Assembly (NCBI GenBank): GCA_965203295.1
Contig: CBDBCZ010000018.1
Location: 544,001-608,000 of the forward strand
Direction of reading: 5' to 3'
Origin: Nitrospirales bacterium
GTDB taxonomy: Bacteria > Nitrospirota > Nitrospiria > Nitrospirales > UBA8639
Length of the DNA stretch: 64,000 nucleotides
Shown: positions 1 to 12,700 of the stretch, piece by piece
Numbering within the stretch: the first letter of the stretch is position 1
Layout of the letters: each line of letters begins with the position of its first letter
Notes under the pieces: generated by a model
Told to the model about the DNA's origin: nothing
Databases searched by the model: none
What the model saw: only the letters and a program-made list of their open reading frames with translations
Translations under genes and position numbers: made by a program

Positions 1-746
1 TGGGTTGGCTACCCCTCTCCCTATGGCAATGTTAAGTAATGGATTGCTCTGTAAACTACGTCATTATGCGTTCCTGGGCTATGCACAGCAGCATTAGGGT
101 ATCGATAGCATGAATGTGAAGACTACACCATTGCAATATCATATATATGTAAAGCTAGTGCTTTCGTATTTATGTAGCTACTGTGTTGTGATTTTTCTCT
201 TATTTCTAGATATTAGATTAAGTCTATTTAGGTAGCAAGGGCTGAATTGGTAGATAGTAGCTATATAGTAGGTACTTGCTTTAAATTGAGATAAATACAT
301 ACTATGGCCATCCTGGGTAGACAATTCATTACATATTAATTGTTTCGATCACCACCAATTGCATTTGATCCTGAAATGCGATATCTCTGAACTACCATTT
401 AATTAAGGGTGGGGTAAATAAATTAAATGTGGAAAGTAATGCCATTCATAACGTTTGCTTTCTTGCCAGGACTGCTATAGGAACAAATCCAAACCAGTGT
501 GCAGAGAGCTGAATACCCAGGAAAGGCTTCTAACTCATGAGATTCTCAGCTCTCTAGGACAGCATTTGTGTTCTAATTTGTGCAGCAGTAAAGTTCTTCT
601 ACACTTTATAGTGGTTTACGATCAAAAATCGTGGTTGGTGGCACACTATAACAAAAAAGGGGTGGCTGGATAACTTAAAGCCCAAGAATGATAATATTAA
701 TAATCATAGTTGTATTAATTTTACATGTGTGTACGCCTCTACTTAC

Positions 747-3700
747 AAGGTCTTTCTCCCTTTTAGTTGTACTGTTGTCACTGTTGTCACTGTTTGCAAG
801 GCAACCTGTGCACCACAAAAAATACCAACCATAATAATGGTAGACAAAGACTTAGCATATTTGAAGGGCAACAATGACTTGAAATCACCTTATACACAAA
901 CAACTGATTAATGTGTGCTAAGTTGCGCTCTACATCCAAATTTAAGCCAGAAATGATATATAGTACAGAAGTTAAAGGTTCTGGTAATATCTATGCTAAC
1001 AATTTGACATCAAAATCAAAATTCATAAAAGTTTAAAGGACAAGACAGCAGTTTAGTCGCTGGTTATTATGATAGTAATGATGATTATATAGGTGGTTTG
1101 GTAGCAAGTTTGTGTGTTTGTTTACTCTGAACTCTTGGATAGTCAGCCTCTAACAAAAGTGCCATTGCTTATACAGTATTTGCTAACTATTTTGAGAAGA
1201 AGCCAGCAATCATCACATACTGTGGTTTGGATATGGGATATGTCCACTGACACTGTGCGCAACAGAAGGCACAATTCTATTTATTGAAATAACAATAATT
1301 ATCATGCATCGGTAAGTAGATTGACCTCCAGGAGAGTGAAGCTGTTTTTCTCAATGCACACACAGAGTACATTAAACATTAATGTCGGAGATCTAAACAA
1401 GAGTATCATACTGTATATAAGAAGCTATACTGTGACTGGAGATCTTACAAGCTCAACCTCAATATGTGGGTGTGTTGTGATGTAAGCACTACAGCAGTGA
1501 CATGAGTACATTATTACTATGAAGGAAGCTCCTAAGTTAGTAGGGTTATTCGGATTTGGGGGTTTAAGGTAATGCAATGCGGTGATGATTATGGGGTCTG
1601 CATCCATCTAAATTTTAGGTGTGATTGTGCATAATTTTCTTGGTAATTGCTTACCAGGGAGATCAAGCTCTAGGGGGTCAAAACAAACAATGAATATCAC
1701 AAATCCTCTTCCACGAGTCCTCTCACCCGTACGAAATGTAACAGTGAAGGTACCTGACAGGGTAAAAAAATTATAAGATAAAGATTAAGGTAGCAAGCCG
1801 CCTCACCTGGAATCTTTAATTCAAATGGTTCAAATGGATGGCTTTGTTGAGAACATGATAGATTACGTCGAATTGACAAAATTTTTGCATCTAACCACAC
1901 CTTCTGCCGAATAATCCACAAAAACGCTATTTCGGGTTGCTTAATAAAACGAAAAATTTCGCAACCTTTTAGAGCCCCACCCACAGTCTGACAAGTTCAC
2001 CAGTACCTACAGAGGATAGGCTACAAACGTAGGGATGTTTTTTCACAGAAATGCTGCAAAGTCAGTTTTACAGCCGTGAACGCGTCCAACTATGGGGTGC
2101 CGTTTGTGTCAAAATCAGTTTTTTTGAGATACTTTGTAACTATAGAATGGCATTTAGTAAATACCCATGGTTATTAACTAAGTACCCATGGTTATTTACT
2201 AAATACCTGGCATTTGCTAAATACCCATGGTCATTTACTAAATACGTGGTATTTGCTAAATACCCATGGTCATTTGCTAAATACCCGACATTTGTTGGAG
2301 CCCTGTAGGACTGGGAACGAGACTATTCAAATGAGCAACAGTGGAATTGCTCTCTCGAGATCGACTGTGTGACGGATTCCGACGGGTACTCATATTAGCG
2401 ATGGCCACGTGGACAACTAATTCGCTGCCTATACCCGGTACCCATACCATGTCGTAGTTTCTTTTTTAAATAAAAAGTGTTGAAAGCCAAAATCAGAGTA
2501 CCGCTCAACCGCTTCAAAGTGCCGATATCGCACGTGAAAGAGCCGCTATCCACATCAAAGTGACACACCCCTCCTGTTGATTCCGGTTGCCGCCATGGGA
2601 AAATGCAAACATATCGATGAATCTAATTAGCGCAACGTGAGTGATGCAATCTTATTAATTATTCATGAGGAGAATCACGCGGATTCGAAGGTGAGTCGGC
2701 TCGCTACCTTAACTGCAATGTCATGTGTATGCAAGAGTCAATAATCTGATGGACTGGAGTTGACTGGAATGATAAGTGATCAGGTAGACTTTAACAATGC
2801 ATAATTACCGAGCGCCTTAGCGCGAGGCAAGTAATCGTGTATCGCATTCAGCTTGCGTTGGTATGTATGTATGTATGTATGTATGTATGTATGTATGTAT
2901 GTATACACTTGGGCGTGGTTTCTGTCGTCTGGTCCGGTCTCCAGATCTCCATACTGCGGTTTTTTCAGGCCATGGCCACGTGCTTGCGTTAGCCTTTTCG
3001 TTCGCGTTCGATGGAGCTTAGATATATAAGGAGGAATCCAAACGTGATCACGCTAGAGCGCGAAAGCGAAAGCAAAGAGCCGCCATTTCAGAAGACACGA
3101 TGGCAAAGGAGAGAGAAGACGACAGGTTGCGGAAGAGACGATGAGTCGGTGCTAGGTAAGACCACTCCATGTCTTGTGGCGTTAGGAGACCTCGCTGACC
3201 GGATGATCCTTGAACTCGTGAAAAGGGCAAGGACGCTTCGCCATCATCATCACGCCACAGCAGCTAGCTATACAGCAAGCTACACGTGGTTACAACAAAA
3301 ATCGACTTGCATATCTCCGGATATTCTTCCGCGCGAGGCATACTCTGCGCATGCGTATTCCTAGTTATATGCTATGCAGGTGCATAGTATAACAATTCAA
3401 AAAAGAGCATACAACGAATGGAAAGGAACAACAGATTACTAGATCAAATTACTACTGGGTGAATGCAAAGCATTGTGGGGCGAGCGTGAGCGAGGTATTA
3501 GCCCATGCGTACATTAGCGGCGATGCGCCCTCAGCAGCTCTTTTGCCTCCTTCTCTCGTCTCAGTGTCACTGTCGGTGGCCTGGAGAAATGACAACTATT
3601 CTGGCTCTAGAACTCGCTCTCTACTGTTCCAATGTGACTTATCGCCAACCTGGGGATATATACGGCAACGCTGTAGCCTTTGCCGCTGCCGTCTACTCTG

Positions 3701-6700
3701 TGAGAGCATCCCTAAGCTAGCTACACTGCAGCCACCGTGGCCACGTGAACCATTTGGAATATTACGGAAACTATTTTAAACGTTATATTGAAACTTGAAA
3801 CGATATGCGGTATTGTGCGTGCGTACGTACGTACATACGTACACCGTACGCGCAGACAAATTCTCCATTGAACACACTAGTGTGGGGCTCGCTCACGCTC
3901 GCCCAATAACTCCTATACATACTACTGGGAGAAGTCAAATGATAATAACACATGTGGACAGTACTCGGTTTCTCTTGAAACTGAAACTCCGAAATCACAT
4001 AGATTGGGATATTTCACTCGTAAAACTATCTGTCTGTGACAGTTTTGAAATGATTTGTTTTTGTCACTTCAGCAGACTGGAAGTATAGCAGTATTGGTCG
4101 ACATCCAAAGTTTTTAAAAAATTGCATTTTTGCGCAGGGTGCTGGTAAATTTCTTTTAACACACAAATTTTTGCTGATTTACAGTATATCCGTATTGTGT
4201 ACACTTGTATTCAGACTATGGATGCTTGGTACTATTAATGGTAGACATAATTGTTTAAATACAGCAATACAGTCACCTAGCATTTAACCATAGAGATCCT
4301 AAAACAACCTAATATACATCACAGTTGCCAGTACTTATGTTACGTGAGAGAGCTAACTGTTGACTTTGCGCTCGGCCTAAGTCATACCCAGTACGAGTTG
4401 GCTTCTCTGCAGACTCAGCTACAGATGTATATTTCTTTAGCCACACTTCAGTGAGTGTGCTTGTACCTCGTTTTTTCACCCCAATAAACTTAGCAGAACC
4501 TAACAACGGCATATTATAAATTTTTCTATGAAATGTAGCACGAGGCAAAGTGATGAAGTGAAGAATAAATGTTACGCTACATACTTATTCTTAGTTTTTC
4601 CACTAACCTTCCTCCAACTCAAACAAGTTATCCTGTGTCTGATTACCACAACTCTCTGTTGGGCCAAAGCCACAGCGTTCCACTTCAATGTAATCTGTGC
4701 ACCTGGAAATGGAGTAAAGCTACGTGAATGTTTGTTCACTTAATCCTTTCTTCTCTAATGGCACAGTATTTCAATCGCAAAGTATTTGAATTTCTACTGT
4801 CTCATTTTGGTGGCAATTGGTGGCTACGTGGACCTGCCTTTCTCCTTATTTTCTATTTTGACTGTTTGCTGCAACCGAGTGTACCACACTATAAACCTCA
4901 GTGTAGCTATATTAAACTTACCATGGTAAAGCAAATTCTACACAGAGTGGAAACATCCAAATAGCGGTACAACACTGGTACATTACACCTCAACATGAAT
5001 GCAAATAACTATACACTCTTTTCTTTTCCAGGTGGAAAGATGCTATGTAAGTTTGTCCAAGTATACTTAGACCACACATGAATAATTAATGAGCATATTC
5101 CTTTGATGTTTTCCGGTTAGTCCAGGGCATTTAAGTAGGTTAAACCCCCGCTTGCCGTTTGAAGTCGCCGGTTAGTCCAGGGTAGTTTAATGGACCCTTT
5201 GAAGTCGCCGGTTAGTCTAGGGTAGTTTAATGGACCCTTTGAAGTCAGCCGGTTAGTCCAGGGTAATTTAACAGAGCCAACTAAACATAAGCGCTCAGTA
5301 TGTACAAACGCTTTGCATGAATGAAACAATACCAAAAAAAATAAATAAAAGCAATTGGCTGGCTATCGAAATCTAGAGATCTGTGTTCATCTCTGTCTCA
5401 GAGGCCAAACAGCCTGCAGTCGTAGCTTCTTCTCTTGTTCCAATGACAAAGCGGCTGCGCTTGCTTGGTATCTGTTCCAACGCCCTCCTTCGTCAGCGTC
5501 TTCATTCGTGCATCAAGCGATGGTCTTTGGCACAAAAAACTGAGAGACTCAGGCTGGCCATTCTCTCGAAAGTGACGTGCATCAGGGTAGCTGCGCCGGG
5601 GTACGGTGTTTCGTCTTGGCAACAGATCTGCTGGCTTATCGATCAATGTCTTGGATCCTTGATCTCATGAGCATCGACTAAAAAATTAACACAGCTCACT
5701 GCGTTTCCTTTCATGTTTTTGCAACTACCTACTCGTAGATATCACGGACTACTGCATTCTCAGATAGGGGACTCCAAACCGCTTACTGTTTTCTTCGTTA
5801 CCGAGCTTGAAAATCTTCAAAGTTGTCAATGTTCAGTTCAAATCCATCACAATCGAAAGCGGCGCCTAGTTCCCCTCTGCCATAAACACTACAACACAAC
5901 CAGCACTCGCATTTCTTGCTACAAAAATGCAGCAGTTAGCAGGCAAATCCATTAGTCTAAACGCCATACGATGCCGCATGACTCTCAAGCAACAAGCCCA
6001 TTGGCTGTTGCCGCACAACGGTGACTGTGCCCATATATGGCTAGCAGAGTCCCGTTGCAGCAGGCTGAGCTTATTCAATTAGTGGTGTGACCTTATTCAA
6101 TTAGCGTTATGGTCTAAGCCAGTTGGACCCCTCCCTAGAGGAAACTAACCGACTTATCCGCCCGTGGGAACCGAGGGAAACCAAGGAAGTGTTAATTGGG
6201 TCGAGGGTGAAGGGATCTATCCTATACAAAGCACTTATCCAAAGTACTTAAAGCTTGGCTCCACGTACTGTAGGTGCAACCAATGCAGTCTGTAATAGAA
6301 TCAATCTCAGATGGTTGGTTAAAAGGTTCTGGTCATGGTGTTCACAATTCTTCAAAGTATAATGCATACATGCACATTAATAAAAGGTAAAAAGTGTTAA
6401 TGTATGCATACCTGTCAAAGCAGTCAGCTTCCTGTAAGTCCAGGTGAATGGCGTTGTAGAAGGCACGTCTCCCTGCTGGACACTGCACATTGTAAGTGAC
6501 GAGCATGGAATTCTCATAGCTGAGGAAGAGAACACAGGAGATTAACACACAAACTCTTAAAGTCACAAATAAACCTAGCGTGTTCATATAAAAATCCACA
6601 GTTAGTTTTAAAAACCTTGCATGTATTATTTGACTACCTTTGCATCAAAGATGTATAGGTTAACACAACTTTCATCTGAACAAGTCTGACATTTCATGTC

Positions 6701-9700
6701 TAAAAAACCAGCCGGACGCCTTTCCCGTACAATACACACAACTCAGCTTAGGCCAAGCTATTAAACTACAGCTGTAGAGCCAGATATACTATAATATTAC
6801 TCTTAGAGCGGTACAGCGAAAGTGCTGACTCAGCAGTTTCATCATGCGCCTCCAGTTAGTAGCTATACGCCACCAAAACAGGATCTTTACGGCTACCTAC
6901 CACGTTTTCGCCATCTAGGCAACACAAAACTACCTTCATTTGCTGTAGCTTGGCCTGCAAACCTCCAAAAGCTGCTATACACTGCAGTTGCATAGTAACG
7001 TATGACGTAAATCATTTGTAGTAATACAATACAATACAATATTAATCAAACATGTAATATATTGCGCACGTGATAAGTGCGGACGCACAAACTGACAGAC
7101 AAACAAACAAACAAACAGACGCGGAAAACGTAAAGCAATCTTAGTACCAGCCGTTCGCGCGCTGCGCGCGCTCAGGCTGGTAAAAAGGTTTCAAGTCACT
7201 TGTACAATGTGCTCTACAGTTTTTAATCACTAGCAAATCCAAATTAAAAAGATAATCTGGAGTTGATTGGGTGTGACAAACAATGTTAACATCTCTAAGG
7301 GAAACTTAGTACTGAGACCAAACCAAATTTCATGGAGTAAAGCCACACACAGTGGCTTTCACTAATATTATCACTCTTTTTGTAAAGGCACAGTTACCTT
7401 TTATCAGCTAGGCATACGTAAAGTGTGCGAATGGCTGGTCATATTATAGGCCAGCCCCAGTTGCGTATGGAAGAACGAAGAGATTGGCAATGCTGCTTTA
7501 AAAATTTATGGCATTGCTTGATTGTGCAATCAGTCTCCAGCGCTCATATCTCCATAGATAATTTCTATGATATCTGAGCATACAGTAAAGCTACACAAAC
7601 TGTACTAACCCGATAGCTGTAGGTACTACATGTAGTTAAGCCTCTTTTGATCAAACTACATGACAAATTTTGTGGACAACTGATCTTTGGTTTGCAATGA
7701 CTTTGAAGATGTCAACCATGAAGCAGCCAGAGAGATGCCATTTTGAACACGTCCTTTGCCACCGGGGACGGTGTATATAATATATATGTATAAACGCTAG
7801 CTGAGATTGGTGAGTGCATAGCATGCAAATATTGGCCTTGCTGCACTTGTCCAGGACAATAATACATCAAACATTGTTATGCCTATTGCCAGCTTTGTAG
7901 GCCAAGCTACAGCAAGCGAGTGTAGTTTGTAAAAATTGGTTAGCAGCCACAACAGTTCTGCTGTGGTAACGTACAGCTGCTAACAGAAAGTACACTACAA
8001 AACTGGCGAGTCAGCATTTTTGCTGCACTACATTATTTTGGTTGTTTATCTGGTGCAGTAGGATACACATTATACATAGGTTAATGGTCGCAGTATCTTA
8101 AACTGACCTCTTTGCTAATTGGTGTTTCACTTTAACTATGGGCGAATCACGGTCACATGTTCTATAATCATATGGTATATGTATTCTTCATTACTTAGTT
8201 ATCCCACCGTTATTATGGGGCCATCAGCTAAGCATGAGAATTTACACAAACACATGCATACACAAACACACATACACAAACTCACTCTTTTTCCAAAAAG
8301 AAACCAGGAGAAAATAGTACACGAAGATTCGGACTTCCCAGATTATTGATTGGCTCCACTATTTGTGCATTTGGGAAAGGAACTGGATTTATGTAGGTGC
8401 ACTGTGGCCCTCCAGATGGTCCTCGACCAATTCTAGTCCTGTATATTCCCTGCTCACTGCACAGGAATAAAAATTGAACATATGAAAAAAAACATGTGTT
8501 TCCTGGTTATGAGAGGTAATTGCAGTTTGTCATAATTAGAATATTTTTATTCAGAGAACAGCCTACATTTACAAAGCCAGCTACAGGCCATGTATCTAGA
8601 CTGTGACACTATAGCCATCCAAATTACACTGCGAGTCAAAAGAGTTTAGCAAAGAAAATAGTTGATGACAATGCTGTATGCTATTTGATCACTTTATATA
8701 CGGCACCATACTGTATCACGGAGTACGGTAGTACTCCATATGTAGGGTGGCACGGGAAAAAAATGGCGGCCACATATAACGCGTACAAAATCATATGCTC
8801 AGAACTCTGCTCTGATTACAATCATAGGCTTTTATGAGCCATATCATGACATCTGGAGTGTTTCCATCAGCAACAAGGCTGTTAGCGGTGCTGGAAAGCT
8901 TCGCTGGAGTACCAGACCGGAAAATCGCTACACTCGGGGGGCGGGGCGTAATCGACTATCATGGAGTACGGTAGTACTCCATATGTAGGGATGGCACGGA
9001 AAAAAAATGGCGGCCCTATAGAACGCGTACAAAATCATACACTCAGAACTCGGCTCTGATTATAGTCATAGGCTTTTATGAGCCATACCACGTCATCTCG
9101 AGTGTTTCCATCAGCAACAAGGCTGTTAGCGGTGCTAGAAAGCTTCGCTGGAGTACCAGACCGGCAAGTCGCTACACTCGGGGGGCGGGGCGTAATGGTA
9201 CATCTTCTTCTTTGTTTCTTTCTTCAGCCAGGCTAGCACAATAATGGCAGAAGCTATCACAATGATTCAAGCGCGAACAAGCTAGATATTCCCCGGGGTA
9301 TTGCACTCGTAGTATAACGTTTTCAAAGAAACCGAACAGGTTCAGCAGTGATTCACGAGTACTCTCGAGGTGACGCTTGTCGTTTTACGCCATTTAATGA
9401 CTACTGTTCTGTTCCGTTCGGTTTCGGAATTTAGTAACCGCCCCTTTCGCGTGTTGTCTATTTAACGCCTACCTTTGATCGTGCCAGCTGTCCGGGCCTG
9501 AGCTGCATCTCCTGGTTCATCACTTTGTAAGTCACCCGAAAATTTAGCTACAATACACTTACTCACATGGCTGATAGTATTATTTTAGTAGTAGGGTAGC
9601 TAGCTACTGAAGTAAGGGGGTGTCCAAAGGGTGCATGGAACTGTCCGGACATACACAAGGAATCAGTAGCTCACAATACATAACAAGGGCAGACAGAAAG

Positions 9701-12700
9701 GCCCACGAACGAAATAAATTTGCTGTTAAATACGAGCACAGGCAGATAAGCCTTGGTGTTCGAACAACCCCTACCGTCCGGACACCCCCTCACTTACTCT
9801 ACCTGAGGAGGCAGGCAGCTATTTGTCTTTGTGACACTAGAAACTGCAATACATATCATTGTCCTTGGTGATAATTTGCAGTTCAACATCCTGGAGTACG
9901 GTACTACTCCATATGTAGGGATGGCCCTGGCCTCCCCATTAAAATGACATGTTTATAGTACTCTGCTGTAGGTGTAGTCTAGGACCGTAATATGAAGCCT
10001 ATGTACCACTTATTTTGGAGCGTTGTCGTCACTAACCAGGCTGTTAGCACAGCTAAAGAACATCTTTAAAGTACCAAAGCAGCAAGTGGTTAAAACCGCC
10101 GAATGGTCTATCTTCATCTTATCAGATAATCCTTAATTCAGTCAAACTAGCACAATAATGAGTGAAGCGATAAAAAGATTCCAGTACGAACGGGCATGAT
10201 TGACCCTCGGGTAGTGCCTTTCGGGCGTAGCGTTATCAAAGAAATCGAATCAGTTTAGCAGTGATAAGGAACACTCTCTAGTGGACACTTGCCACTTACA
10301 GGCCATTTTATGGTAAGATGGACTTCCTGCCAGCACGTGTTGGTCTATTTAAAGCCTATCTTCGATCGTGCATGAAAGCAAGGTTATACATTTATGAAAG
10401 AGGGCCCAGAATAAACAATGTACATTCAAAACCAACAAAGTATAACAGCAGCTGCTAGAGCAACTACCTGCGCTAGGAGTAGTGTTGACCCTGACAAGAA
10501 ATAGGCAGCCTCACGTGCCAGTTACATAGCTGACCTTGACAAGAGACCTCCCCCCCCCGTGCACATGCAGGCGAAGGCCTTCCTAATGCTGACTGGAGTA
10601 CAAATCGAAACCCATACTACACACATCCTCAAACACATTCCATTCCAATACCATCTACTGCACACATTTACACATACACATTTGTTACCACTTCCCAAAA
10701 AAACCGCCCAAAACAAGTTACAGAAAAAGCACTTTGCCAAAAAGTGCAAAAACAAGTAATGTAGGGATGGACTTTCATCAAAAACAGTTCCCCAAAAACC
10801 AATGAAACAAGCAACAATGCACATCGCAATGCGTGCACAAACAATCCACACATCACAGCGCAATGCGTAGCTACCATCCCTACATCTTTCCAACCACACC
10901 CACCACAATCTGTACCTTGCCCCCATACTGAACTGCACACCCAATACTTCCTTCAACACACACAACCATCCACAATCATCACTATCATATATATACCACC
11001 CTTACATCCTTATCCACAATCATTACATAGCTACATCATAAACACAGCACCCCACACTACTGTAACAGCCAACCCAATCCTTCAACAGGAACGCTAGCTA
11101 CTTCCATCAAAATTCACTTCGCTCCACGAATCCCACATTCACAAGCACAAACCAAGCAGAGCAATTTCTCACAACAACAACCACCATACAACACACTCAA
11201 CAAAGTTGACAACACTCAATCTATACTTTACCAAACACACCCACATAGACCTCCGCTAAAAGAACCTGCACACACAAACACTCACAAAACTTCATCACAC
11301 TCAACAACCAAAGTCCCTCCACAAACATGACTCCACCCTCAATGACTCACTAGTCCAACATGTACACCATGAACACATTCAGCTACCCTCCACAACCTCC
11401 AACACACTCAGTCATTAGCAATACACACACACCAAATTACACTACAACTATTCACATCTCACATAATATATATATACGCGATTGTGGTGGGTGTGGTTGG
11501 AAAGATGTAGGGATGGTAGCTACGCATTGCGCTGTGATGTGTGGATTGTTTGTGCACGCATTGCGATGTGCATTGTTGCTTGTTTCATTGGTTTTTGGGG
11601 AACTGTTTTTTGATGAAAGTCCATCCCTACATTACTTGTTTTTGCACTTTTTATAATTCTTCTTGTCTCTTTCTTTCTTCAGCCAGGCTAGCACAATAAT
11701 GGCTGAAGCTATCACAATGATTCAAGCGCGAACAAGCTAGATATTCCCCGGGCTATTGCACTCGTAGCATAACGTTTTCAAAGAAACCGAACAGGTTTAG
11801 CAGTGATTTACGAGTACTCTCGAGGTGACGCTTGCCGTTTTACGCCATTTAATGACTACTGTTCTGTTCCGTTCGGTTTCGGAATTTAGTAACCGCCCCT
11901 TTCGTGTGTTCGTCTATTTAACGCCTACCTTTGATCGTGCCAGCTGTCCGGGCCTGAGCTGCATCTCCTGGTTCATCATTTTGTAAGTCACCCGAAAATT
12001 TAGCTACAATACACTTTCTCACATGGCTGATAGTATTGTTTTAGTAGTAGGGTAGCTAGCTACTGAAATAAAGGGGTGTCCAAGGGTGCATGGAATTGTC
12101 CGGACATACACAAGGAGAACAGTAGCTCACAATACATAACAAGGGCAGACAGAAAGGCCCACCGATCGAAATAAATTTGCTGTTAAATACGAGCACAGGC
12201 AGAAAAGCTTTGGTGTCCAGACAACCCCTACCGTCCGGACACCCCCTCACTAACTCTACTGGAGGGGGCAGGCAGCTATTTGTCTTTGTGAAACTAGAAA
12301 CTGCAATACATATTGTCCTTGGTGATAATTTGCAGATCAACATCATGGAGTACGGTACTACTCCATATGTTGGGATGGCCCTGGCCTCCCCATTAAAATG
12401 ACATGTTTAGTACTCTGCTGTAGGTGTAGTCTATGACTAATATGGAGCCTATGTACCACTTATTTTCGAGCGTTGTCGTCACTAACCAGGCTGTTAGCAC
12501 TGCTAAAGAACATCTCTGAAGTACCAAAGCGGCAAGTGGATAAAACCGCCGAATGGTCTATCTTTATTTTAGTCAGATAATCCTTAATTCAGTCAAACTA
12601 GCTCAATAATGAGTGAAGCAATTAAAAAGATTCCAATACGAACGGGCATGATTGACCCTCCGGTAGTGCCTTTCAGGCATAGCATTTTCAAAGAACTCGA

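Noticed and set aside
554..598. Proximal terminal exon KNFTAAQIRTQMLS* as the main gene end
   Set aside because: Frameshifted in C and MITE-disrupted in B, whereas the distal exon is conserved in frame; kept only as a possible minor isoform.
455..673. + strand ORF with THEILSSLGQH resembling a zinc-metalloprotease motif
   Set aside because: It is not a true HExxH, lies antisense in the last intron, and is interrupted by a MITE in B.
1789..2708. piggyBac assignment for the TTAA element
   Set aside because: The termini are GG..CC, not the CC..GG typical of piggyBac.
4834..4937. Two possible micro-exons (16 nt + 35 nt) that would add 17 aa between exons 3 and 4
   Set aside because: The second has a weak donor (GTCCAC) and its acceptor AG is mutated in C; exon 3 already splices in frame to exon 4.
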